Made by a program: the position numbers and the translations under genes | Assembly: GCA_963718565.1 (NCBI GenBank) | Contig: OY970364.1 | Location: forward strand, 1,344,001 to 1,408,000 | Direction of reading: 5' to 3' | Source: an uncultured Verrucomicrobiae bacterium | GTDB taxonomy: Bacteria > Chlamydiota > Chlamydiia > Chlamydiales > Rhabdochlamydiaceae | DNA length: 64,000 nucleotides | Shown here: positions 18,652 to 28,103 of the stretch, in pieces | Layout of the letters: the number at the start of each line of letters is the position of its first letter | Position numbering within the stretch: the stretch's first letter is position 1 | The notes under the pieces: model-generated | What the model was told of the DNA's origin: nothing | Seen by the model: only the letters and a program-made list of their open reading frames with translations | Databases searched by the model: none

Positions 18652-20549
18652 TCAAGTTTTGAAGAGCGGAAGATCTTTTTAATTTTCTGATTAGCCAGGC
18701 GCACTCCGCGAGTGTGGGCCCCTTTGATCGGGATTTGTTTCAGCTCGTAGATCAGTTTTTTCGCTTTTTGGCGAGCGGATGATGGCGCAAAGTGAAGTTC
18801 CACAGCGGGATCGGGATGTGCCGAAAAGTGTAGCAGTTCGCTCTTTTCATCGAGGTATCTGTACACTTTTTGAAGGATAAACTTATCGACGACAAAGCGC
18901 TTACCCCAAACGTGGCCAGTCGCGCAGTGTTTGTAGACTATGCTAATCACCGTCTTTTTATCGGCAATCATGACCCAGGCGACATTTTCGACATATTGCT
19001 TTTCTGGGATATTGATCACAGAATAAGTTCCATCCTTGCAAAAGATGAGTAGCTTGTCAAAGTTGGTGCATTCCAGTTGAACAGATCCTGGAATCTTGGT
19101 TCCGACAAAGCCGCTTTTGGGATCAAAACCCACTTTGATCTGTTTGGTCTCGATGGCGCGGCGGTCGATCTCTTCGATCGCTTTAATCCGAGTTTTTCGA
19201 GGGAAATCTTTTCCAAACTTCTCAATGAGGTTCTTGAGATAGCGGATCGTGTACTTCTTGACATTCTTAAGATCTTTTTCCACTTTGACTAAGCTCTCTT
19301 TGAGAAGGGCGATTTCTTCCTGGTTTTTATCGATGTCAAAGCGGGAAATGCGGCGGATGGGGATTTGAAGCAGCTTTTCTCGGTCTTCAATGGTTGGCTT
19401 GCGTAAAAGCTTTTTCATATAAGGCTTGAAGGCCGCCTCGAGGGTCTGATGAATGCCTTCCAGGGTTTTGATCGTCTCGATTTTCTTATAGATACGCTTT
19501 TCAATAAAAATGCGCTCCAACGTTTGATAAAAGATCTTCTCAAGCAGGCGATCGCGTTCAATCTCGAGCTCGCGCTTGAGGAATTCCATCAGTTTTTCTG
19601 CATTATAGCTCAGAATTTCATGGACATCGGTCTCCCAAGGAAGCCCCTCTTTGATCACGATGATTTGCGAGTTGAGTGCCACTTCACATTCTGTAAAGCC
19701 ATAAAGAGCATCTAAGATCTCTTCAGCATATTGGCCGCGTGGGAGTTTGATCTCGATTTCGATGTCTTTGGCAGTATAATCGTTGATCGCCTCGATTTTG
19801 ATTTTCCCTTTTTTGGCCGCTTCATCGATGGAGCGAATGAGACTTTCTGTCGTCGTGCCGTAGCAGATTTCGCTGATGACAAGCGTTTTTGGGTCCTTGA
19901 TTTCGATTTTTGCTCGGAGTTTGATCTTGCCTCGGCCTTTGTCGTACTGGCTTTTGTCCATGATCCCGCCCGTGGGGAAATCGGGATAGATCTTAAACGA
20001 TTTTCCTTCAAGATAAGCGATTTCCGCTTCGAGAAGTTCTGTGAAATTATGCGGCAAGATGTGCGTCGACATCCCCACCGCAATCCCATCTGCTCCTTGC
20101 ATGAGCAAGAGAGGAATTTTTGCAGGCAGTGTCACTGGCTCTTGATTTCTGCCATCGTAGGAAGGGATTTTTTCTGTGAGATCGGGATTAAACATTGTCT
20201 CGCGTGCAAGCGGCGAGAGGCGCGTTTCGATATAACGGGCAGCCGCTGAAGGGTCTCCTGTAAAGATATTCCCGAAGTTTCCCTGTCTGTCTAGAAGATA
20301 GCCTTTGTTTGCCAAGTTGACGAGAGCCTCGTAGATCGGGGCATCTCCATGCGGATGGAATTGCATCGTCTGGCCGACAATGTTGGCAACTTTGTGGAGT
20401 TTTTCATCGCTTTGCCTCCACAGTGTTTCCAAAATCCGCCTTTGCACAGGTTTGAGCCCATCGACGACATTCGGAATCGCCCGATCGAGAATGACATAGG
20501 AAGCATATTGGATGAAGTGATCCTTCATCTGTTGTTTAAGATCATCCAT
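18642..20549 (-). CDS. parC: DNA topoisomerase IV subunit A (chlamydial gyrA-2 type)
   Basis: DRAIPNVVDGLKPVQRRIL, FHPHGDAPIY, AAARYIETRL, PDFPTGG. Confidence 0.93.
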   Translation of the reverse strand: MDDLKQQMKDHFIQYASYVILDRAIPNVVDGLKPVQRRILETLWRQSDEKLHKVANIVGQTMQFHPHGDAPIYEALVNLANKGYLLDRQGNFGNIFTGDPSAAARYIETRLSPLARETMFNPDLTEKIPSYDGRNQEPVTLPAKIPLLLMQGADGIAVGMSTHILPHNFTELLEAEIAYLEGKSFKIYPDFPTGGIMDKSQYDKGRGKIKLRAKIEIKDPKTLVISEICYGTTTESLIRSIDEAAKKGKIKIEAINDYTAKDIEIEIKLPRGQYAEEILDALYGFTECEVALNSQIIVIKEGLPWETDVHEILSYNAEKLMEFLKRELEIERDRLLEKIFYQTLERIFIEKRIYKKIETIKTLEGIHQTLEAAFKPYMKKLLRKPTIEDREKLLQIPIRRISRFDIDKNQEEIALLKESLVKVEKDLKNVKKYTIRYLKNLIEKFGKDFPRKTRIKAIEEIDRRAIETKQIKVGFDPKSGFVGTKIPGSVQLECTNFDKLLIFCKDGTYSVINIPEKQYVENVAWVMIADKKTVISIVYKHCATGHVWGKRFVVDKFILQKVYRYLDEKSELLHFSAHPDPAVELHFAPSSARQKAKKLIYELKQIPIKGAHTRGVRLANQKIKKIFRSSKLDQT

Positions 20550-22359
20550 TTTCGTTCACAAGGTTATGCATGATAAAGGCTTTGCGCTCAGGAGTATTTT
20601 TCCCCATATAAAATTCAAGAGTTGGCTTGATATCGGAAAGGTTTTGAATCATCACTGGCAATAGTCGAATATCTTTCGGCGATAAACTGTTTAAACTCGT
20701 TTGGAGAGATCTCTCCAAGCCCTTTAAAACGCGTGATTTCAATGCCTCTTTTTCAGCTCGCGCAGCGCGTCTTCTTTTTCTTCTTCCGAATAGCAATAGA
20801 TTGTTTTTTCTTTATTCCTCACTTTAAAAAGGGGGGTTTCCAGAATATGAAGATGGCCGTTTAAGACAAGCCCTTCAAAATAGGTGAGAAAAGAAAGTGA
20901 TCAGAAGATTGCGGATATGCATCCCGTCGACATCGGCATCGGTGGCAAGGATCACTTTGTTGATAGCGGAGATTGGTGAGATCCTCTTCGATATTCAAGG
21001 CTGACATGAGATTGTACATCTCTTCATTTTTATAGAGCTGATCGAGCTTCATGCCATGGACATTCAGCGGTTTGCCGCGAAGAGAAAAGACAGCCTGTGT
21101 CAGTGGATCGCGCGTCATGACGATCGATGCTGAGGCAGATTCCCCTTCTGTGAGGAAGATCATCGACTCTTCGCCCTTCTTTTGTCCCATCGCCGAAATG
21201 GAATTTGGAATCGCGCAGTTTTGGGATTTTGAATGAGATTTTTTTCTGTTTTTCTTTCGCCTCTTTTTTAACCGCGGCGAGCTCTTTCCGCAGCTTTTCA
21301 TTAAACAGAGATCCGCTCGATAATCTTGCTTGCCATCCTCGGGAAATTTATAGAGAAGGTTTTGAACAGCATCTTTAACTTCTTGGACAATGGGCGCGCG
21401 GATCTCATTATTGGACAATTTATTTTTCGTTTGAGATTCGAAGACAGGGTCTTTGACTTTGATGAGGATCGCCCCGACGATCCCTTCGCGCACGTCGACG
21501 CCTTGGAAATTTTTCTTCGCATAACTCATTGATCCCTTTCAATATTCCTTCTCGGAATGCAGAAAGGTGGGTCCCGCCATCTTGCGTATATTGGCCGTTG
21601 ACAAAGGAAAAATAGCGTCTCGCCATAACTTGAGGAATGCAGAAAGGCAAATTCGACATGTTTTCCGCGCTAATGCAGCGGTTCATACAGGCGATCTTCT
21701 TTGACCTCGTCATTTAAAAGATCGAGCAATCCATTTTCCGATCGGATCGTCTTGGCCATTGAATAGAAGAGCAAGCCCTGTATTGAGATAGGCATAATGC
21801 CAGAGGCGCTTGAGGATCGTCTCTTTTTGGAAGGAAAACTTTTTAAAGATGTGGGATCGGGAATGAATTCGATCCAAGTGCCATCCGCTTCTTTTGTTTT
21901 TCCTTTCTTCTTTTCTTTAAGGACACCTTTCGACAAAGCGCGCTTCGACAAATTCCCCTTCGCGGAAGCTTTTCACGACAAAGTGAGAAGAAAGAGCGTT
22001 AACCGCCTTTGTACCCACCCCATTGAGGCCCACAGAAAACTGAAAAACATCATCATTGTATTTGGCGCCTGTGTTGATCTGACTCACGCATTCGATAACT
22101 TTGCCGAGAGGAATCCCGCGTCCCCAGTCTCGCACTGACACTTTTGAGGTTTTCTCATCGAGCTCGATCGCGATCTTTGGCCCTGATGCATGATGAATTC
22201 ATCGACGGAGTTGTCGATCACTTCTTTGAGCATGACATAGATTCCATCATCGGGATGGGAACCATCGCCAAGACGGCCAATGTACATTCCTGGACGAAGC
22301 CGAATGTGAGCCAATGCATCTAAAGATAAAACTGTACTTTCATCGTATTTTTTAGCCAT
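20542..22359 (-). CDS. parE: DNA topoisomerase IV subunit B (chlamydial gyrB-2 type), with multiple frameshifts
   Basis: [68 protein letters not shown] and MGKNTPERK lie in several different frames. Confidence 0.9.
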
Positions 22360-22481
22360 AATGGTCTATATTATCACTTTATATTTATTTATTGCATAGA
22401 TATTTTGCTTATATTTTTTAAAATCAATTATTTTGAATTAATTGTCAATTAATTACAAACCATTCATTATGAATGCTTCAA

Positions 22482-22675
22482 ACTGAAGAGTTGAGAAGAA
22501 CTTGTCCACACCACTAGTAGCGTCGCCGGCCTCAATTCTAGAAAGAATATTTTACCACCCGCTTCGCAAGCTCGCTCGAGAGCGAGCTTGCGAAGCGGGT
22601 GGTAAAATGGATTTCTTTTAGAACCGAGGTTGGAAAGGGCAGCGATTTTGACAAATTTTTTCTCAACTCTTCAGT
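22482..22675. repeat. Palindromic element family D (194-bp hairpin, perfect 29-bp inner arms)
   Basis: Termini actgaagagttgagaa / ttctcaactcttcagt. Core attttaccacccgcttcgcaagctcgctc-ga-gagcgagcttgcgaagcgggtggtaaaat (22549-22608). Confidence 0.92.
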
Positions 22676-22687
22676 CTTCTTGCCTAT

Positions 22688-25600
22688 TTACAAGCAGATG
22701 CGGATGCCAGCGTCGAATAAGTGGTCCCAATCTCCGCCTGAGATTACTTCATAGCCAGCATACAAAGTGGTGATCTTTCCCACTTGGAACCCAAAGTTGA
22801 CTCCACCGTTCACCCGGGTCTTTGCTGCCTTAGGAAGGGAAAGCGCATAACGGATATTGGGACTTGCGACGATATACACGTCTAGATTGTCCCTAAGAGA
22901 GGTAAAGGGCTGCTCTACCCCGAAGATAGCCTCGATCGCGAAATTCGAAGCCGAATATAATGCTGAAAGACCTAATTCACCTGTAAAGAACCTGGCGCTA
23001 AAATCGCTGCCATGCAAAGCATCGATCTCTCCTTTTTCTTTGAAATGGTTCACAGAGGCTTGAGAATAGACGATATTGGCTCGAGGAGAAATGGCAAACC
23101 GATGGTGGGTCCACCCTTTGAAGAGCAAGCTCAAATTACTCGTGATGGCAGTCATGTTGCTCCTGCTTCTCACTCTTCCGTTCAATGTCGGGCGATGGAA
23201 ATGGTTTTCCAAAGTGGAGCCGGAAACTGTTCCATAGGCGGTAAAGTAAGCACCTAGGTTTTTCCTAAAGTAAACAAGCCCTGCAACTCCATCGATATGC
23301 CCTTTTCCAAGGCTTTTTACAGATTTGATCTGTCCCATCACATCGGAAATGGCCGCGCCGACAGAAAATCCTCTGCAGGTCGCATAATCAACTCCTCCAA
23401 AAATATCCTGGCGTACCAGATTAGCCCCATGGATCTTTCTTTCGTCGGTTTGAAGATACCCCCCAAACACTGAAACATGTGGACAGCACCTCTCCGGCAG
23501 GCTAGCAAAGACCGAGACACGGTCCCAGATTTGGCTGGCTAATGCGCGATCGCCCGCAAATGCAAAATCTGCTTCAGCACCGTAAAAAGTAGGAGTAAAA
23601 AGAGAGAGATTGTCGCAAGCGTTCCCTTCAAGGATCTCCTTAGCCAGGAGGCCAGCTACAGTGTTCGAATTGATCTGATTGGTCCCAAACAAGGCAGCTT
23701 TGAAAATGGCCTTCGATGCGGCATTCTCATTGCTAGTACAGCCGAGGCTAAAAAAAGGATTGGGACCGGGGGTGGGAGGAATAGGAGGAAAAGGACTGAT
23801 CCCTGTCACGATGATTTGACCCGTACCCGAATCGAAAAGAATCGCATTGACATTGGCAGGAAGCATATTCACAGTCAGACTCATGTTCCCTAAAATCCCA
23901 TTGACGAAGATCGGACCGCCGCCTCCATTAGCAATGACTTGAAAGATATTTCCTGGGACAAGAGCGCCGCTTAACATTTGGACATTGAAATAACTCGAAG
24001 GCAGCAAGGTGGCAACGCCCCCCACACGGACCTGATCATATCCTGTGACAGGCACTGTATTATCGATCTCGATGAGGTACTGGTTTGCTTCGGTGTAGTT
24101 TCCATTCACTACCGTTAATCCGGGAGAGGTCCCTGGACTCAAAATTCCTTGGTTTGTAAAATTGTTAAGAAATGTCAAATTGCCGCCGACCGTACCGAGA
24201 TTTACAAAAGTATTTCCCAGACTGTTGATCGTTCCGTTGCCTGTCAAAAGAGTGTAGGTCAATCTGGAGCTGTCTGGGACAATGATCGTCGAACCTGCCC
24301 CCGTGATAATATCGATTGCGGTAATGGAACCGGTGGTATCGAGCTGGACAATCCCATTATCGATCAGATTAGCGCCCGCGTTCAACGCGGCACTGGTGGC
24401 TACATTTAAAAACCCGCTAGGTTGGACCGTGACATTGAGTCCATTGGTAACCGTCGCGGCATTAGAGACATTGAGCTCTGCGCCAGCATTGATAATCATA
24501 TCCGCTGAAAACGATGTCGCCCCACTGAAATTCATGATCCCGCCGGCAGTAATGAATGTCGATGTGTCGATAAGTCCGGAATACGTTCCTCCATTTTGAA
24601 TCTGGAAAGTATTTGCGAACAGATCTCCTGTCCCATTCAACGTATTGATCGTCTGGGACACTCCCTCGACATTTAAGGTTCCAGCCACGTTCACATTCGA
24701 TGTACTGCCTAGGCGTTGGGCCCCCAGGAGATTAAAAGTACTGCCCAAGGAAACATTCACGCTAGTTGCCGCGCTTGTTCCGCTAAGGTTGACCGTTCCT
24801 GTTGTTGTCAGGGTGCCCGTACCGAGATTAGCGTTGATATTCGATCCATTTTGAAGCAAATAAGTGGCTGCAGTCAATGTGTTGATCCCGTCCACTGCTC
24901 CAGAATTGACAAGCGAGCTCACCGTATTGTCCGATTCAAGAAAAAGAATGCCATTGTTCGTCACCGCTGCAAGGCTGGAAAGGCCGCCGCTTTGGTCCTG
25001 AAGCGTTGCGCCTGCGGCAATATTGACGATTTGGCTGGCCAAAGAACCTGTGAGCAGCAATGTGCCCGCATTAACCTGGGTGGGTCCAATATAAGTATTC
25101 GTACCAGACAAGGAGAGCGTCCCCGCAGAAATCTTGGTAATTCCACTATTTGATGCCGTGCCGGTAATTGGACCTGAAAAGGTTCCGCTATTGACAGTTA
25201 AGGTGCCTCCATTAAGACTGACGGATCCGCTGCCCGCCAATGTCGCAATCGCATTATTCGCGTCGAGAATAAAAAGGCCGTCTGCCAACAAAGCTGTCGT
25301 CGTGGCAAGTCCCCCATTGACATCTTCCATCGTCCCCCCTACTTCGATATTGATAGTCGGGCTTCTCAAAGTGCCTTGTAAAATTAAAGACCCTGCATCT
25401 ACCTCTGTAAATCCTGTATAGGTATTGTTCCCTGAAAGGGTCAGCGTGCCGGTACTGTTCTTTGTCAGTCCGAACGCAGTGTTCGACCCTGAGATCACTC
25501 CTGCAAAACTGCCGCTGCCGACAGTCAAGGAAGCATTTTGGATGGAGGCGGCGCCATTGCCGAATAAAGCACCGATGGCCTGATTTGCCCCTAGAAGCAA

Positions 25601-28090
25601 ACTGCCATTATCAGTGACTGAAGTTGTACTGCTTAAACCCGCATTGATATCATTAAAAGTTGCTCCTGGAGAGATGTTGACCGCTTGGCTTCCAAGCGTG
25701 CCTAATAGAGAAAGCGTCCCGTCTTCGAGATTCGTAGGGCCCAAATATGTGTTGGACCCGGATAAAATCAGCGCCCCTCCCGTCACTTTTGTGATGCCGC
25801 TACTTAGGCTCGAGCCGGCGATCACACCGGCAAATGCCCCGCTATTTAGAGTCAAAGTCCCTCCATTGAGGTTGATCGCTCCACCTCCTGTAAGGGTGGC
25901 AATTTCATCGTTGGCATCGAGATTGAAGGTCCCACTCACAGTCAGTGCTGTCAGATTGTTCAAACCAGAATTGACGCATTCAAGAGTTGCGCCGCTAGCG
26001 ATCGTAACGTTGGTACTCGCCAAACTCCCCGTTAGAATAAGAGAACCCCCACCGATCTGCGTTGCACCCAGATAGGTATTTGCTCCACCTAAAACAATCG
26101 CTCCCGTATGGGCATTATCGCCGACTATCAGAGATCCATTAGAAAGAGCCCCGCTCAAAATAGCTTGATTCGTATTCCCGGTATTTGAAGTGGCAAGAAT
26201 CGTGCGCGTTGCACTGCCAAGATCGATGGGATTATTAAATGTCACTTGGTCAGAAGCGCTGGACGACCCGAAAAGAAAATCCGCTCCGTTTGTCAAAAAA
26301 AAGGGAGTCGTATTCCAAATGAGAGTTTCTCCGCAATTGAGAGTGATGTCGAAATCCCCTCCTGCCGATGAAAATCCACTCGACACTCCTGAGCCTGCAA
26401 ATTGGAGTTTGCCAGACCCTGTGCCTAAAAAGCGGGTCATCGTTCCATTGCCTTGAAAAATCCCTCCGGCAAGATTGATATTGCTGTTAAGATTAACTCC
26501 GACGCTGTCTTGCGCTTGCAAAACGCCTCCGGTGATCAATGTCTGTCCTGAATAGCTGTTCCGCCCATCAAAAATGACAAGCCCACTATTTACAGTAAGA
26601 CCTGCTCCATCGCCTGCGCCAAACGAAGCATTGGGCAGAGTTGCCGCTGAATCATCCACAATGGATCCCTCGAAATACACAGTATTACCGCTTCCGGGAT
26701 CCAATAGGAGAGAGGAGCCGGTCATCATGAAAATATCTGTTCCAGCCGCACTGCCTGCAATACCTCCATTGAGGCTGGACCCTCCTTGAGTGACATTGCT
26801 GCAAAAATTAGCTGGCCCTGTAATACTTAATGTTCCCCCGTCTGCAAGAAAAATAGCTCCGCCGAATCCCGAACCTCCCCCTCCGCTGATTCCATCTGGG
26901 CTAGTGGGACCATAACTCCCTACTCCTCCTCCAAATCCTCCAAATCCTCCTACCCCACTCATCGGTATGATCAACCCATTGACGACAGGAGTAAATGTTC
27001 CATTGGCGCCACTGGTTCCTGGAATGCCGCTTCTTCCTCCGCCTCCTCCAAAACCTCCATTGCCTCCATTGCCGGAACTGCCTCCCAGTCCTCCTACGGC
27101 CACAGAATCAGGGGTCGCATCTCCTCCATCCCCACCATCTCCTCCTCTTCCCCCTCCAAATCCAAAACTTCCATCTCCTCCATTGTTCCCATCCCCACCT
27201 ACCCCTCCCATCCCAGAGGTCCCCGTGACCTCATAGGCCGTCACCGCGGTTGCAGTCTCAAAAGCAGCAGTTGCTGCGACCAGTGCGGTAGCTGCGGGAA
27301 TATCCGTAGCTATTGCTGCAGAAAGCGTTACGATGGCAGCTGTTATTGCCTCATCGACAACTGCCTGTACCAAAGGATATCCAAGAAGAAAGGGATTGGC
27401 ATCTTCTGCTTGCGAGAGGAGAATCGCCGCCTCGATCGCGGCAATTTCAATATCTAGTGCCGTATCGGTCGTCGCATCATTGGCGAGGTCAAATATAGAT
27501 TTTACTGATTCGGCAGTGGCAATGTCTATTGTCGAATTGTCCGGAAGGCCAACAGCTCCGACTCCTCCGGCTCCTCCATTTCCTCCGAAGCCATCCGTTG
27601 CGTTTGAACCTGAATATCCATTAGTGCCCGGCCCTCCATTTCCTGAGTTTGTGAAGGCACTGATATCAGAAGCTTCTACACCGTCAGTTCCATCGACTCC
27701 ATTCGATGTGGGGATTAAAAAGCCGTTCAAAATTCCGCCATTGTTCCCGGTCCCTCCCATTCCGCCTATTACGGTGCTACCGTAGATATTGACATTGCTA
27801 AGCGTGACCATCACACCTTGATTGATAAAAAGCGTTCCCCCTAGGCCGGCGCCCCCACCGCTGCCAGTACCGCCGGTAGTTTGAAAATTTTGCAAGGTGA
27901 CGTTACTCATGTCCAGTGTTCCGGACATCAGAAAATACCCTGTGAGGTTGGGCAGGTTGTTCGCATCGATCGTTGCACCAGCTCCATCCAAAGTAAAACT
28001 ACCCGTGAGGACAGTATTTGGAGTGGGGTAATCCGCCCACCCATAAAAAGGAGCGATCAATAAAATCAAACCAAAAGAAGAAGTTCGCAA
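22688..28090 (-). CDS. Autotransporter with passenger-associated beta-strand repeats and Gly-rich N-terminus (1800 aa)
   Basis: Signal peptide, GGAIF motif, repeats such as GLTKNSTGTLTLSGNNTYTGFTEVDAGSL, LSPGTSPG, and a C-terminal beta-barrel-like domain. Confidence 0.88.
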   Translation of the reverse strand: MRTSSFGLILLIAPFYGWADYPTPNTVLTGSFTLDGAGATIDANNLPNLTGYFLMSGTLDMSNVTLQNFQTTGGTGSGGGAGLGGTLFINQGVMVTLSNVNIYGSTVIGGMGGTGNNGGILNGFLIPTSNGVDGTDGVEASDISAFTNSGNGGPGTNGYSGSNATDGFGGNGGAGGVGAVGLPDNSTIDIATAESVKSIFDLANDATTDTALDIEIAAIEAAILLSQAEDANPFLLGYPLVQAVVDEAITAAIVTLSAAIATDIPAATALVAATAAFETATAVTAYEVTGTSGMGGVGGDGNNGGDGSFGFGGGRGGDGGDGGDATPDSVAVGGLGGSSGNGGNGGFGGGGGRSGIPGTSGANGTFTPVVNGLIIPMSGVGGFGGFGGGVGSYGPTSPDGISGGGGSGFGGAIFLADGGTLSITGPANFCSNVTQGGSSLNGGIAGSAAGTDIFMMTGSSLLLDPGSGNTVYFEGSIVDDSAATLPNASFGAGDGAGLTVNSGLVIFDGRNSYSGQTLITGGVLQAQDSVGVNLNSNINLAGGIFQGNGTMTRFLGTGSGKLQFAGSGVSSGFSSAGGDFDITLNCGETLIWNTTPFFLTNGADFLFGSSSASDQVTFNNPIDLGSATRTILATSNTGNTNQAILSGALSNGSLIVGDNAHTGAIVLGGANTYLGATQIGGGSLILTGSLASTNVTIASGATLECVNSGLNNLTALTVSGTFNLDANDEIATLTGGGAINLNGGTLTLNSGAFAGVIAGSSLSSGITKVTGGALILSGSNTYLGPTNLEDGTLSLLGTLGSQAVNISPGATFNDINAGLSSTTSVTDNGSLLLGANQAIGALFGNGAASIQNASLTVGSGSFAGVISGSNTAFGLTKNSTGTLTLSGNNTYTGFTEVDAGSLILQGTLRSPTINIEVGGTMEDVNGGLATTTALLADGLFILDANNAIATLAGSGSVSLNGGTLTVNSGTFSGPITGTASNSGITKISAGTLSLSGTNTYIGPTQVNAGTLLLTGSLASQIVNIAAGATLQDQSGGLSSLAAVTNNGILFLESDNTVSSLVNSGAVDGINTLTAATYLLQNGSNINANLGTGTLTTTGTVNLSGTSAATSVNVSLGSTFNLLGAQRLGSTSNVNVAGTLNVEGVSQTINTLNGTGDLFANTFQIQNGGTYSGLIDTSTFITAGGIMNFSGATSFSADMIINAGAELNVSNAATVTNGLNVTVQPSGFLNVATSAALNAGANLIDNGIVQLDTTGSITAIDIITGAGSTIIVPDSSRLTYTLLTGNGTINSLGNTFVNLGTVGGNLTFLNNFTNQGILSPGTSPGLTVVNGNYTEANQYLIEIDNTVPVTGYDQVRVGGVATLLPSSYFNVQMLSGALVPGNIFQVIANGGGGPIFVNGILGNMSLTVNMLPANVNAILFDSGTGQIIVTGISPFPPIPPTPGPNPFFSLGCTSNENAASKAIFKAALFGTNQINSNTVAGLLAKEILEGNACDNLSLFTPTFYGAEADFAFAGDRALASQIWDRVSVFASLPERCCPHVSVFGGYLQTDERKIHGANLVRQDIFGGVDYATCRGFSVGAAISDVMGQIKSVKSLGKGHIDGVAGLVYFRKNLGAYFTAYGTVSGSTLENHFHRPTLNGRVRSRSNMTAITSNLSLLFKGWTHHRFAISPRANIVYSQASVNHFKEKGEIDALHGSDFSARFFTGELGLSALYSASNFAIEAIFGVEQPFTSLRDNLDVYIVASPNIRYALSLPKAAKTRVNGGVNFGFQVGKITTLYAGYEVISGGDWDHLFDAGIRICL

Positions 28091-28103
28091 GCAACCTTCC
28101 CGT

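Larger units (their letters stand above)
16717..18669 (+). mobile_element. IS607-family element (tnpA with internal deletion + tnpB) inserted at a GG dinucleotide
   Basis: GG at both boundaries (16717-18, 18668-69). Subterminal inverted motifs aacttattcaaacctgattatata / tatatatgatcaggtttgatcaagtt. Removing the element restores an in-frame parC stop. Confidence 0.88.
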
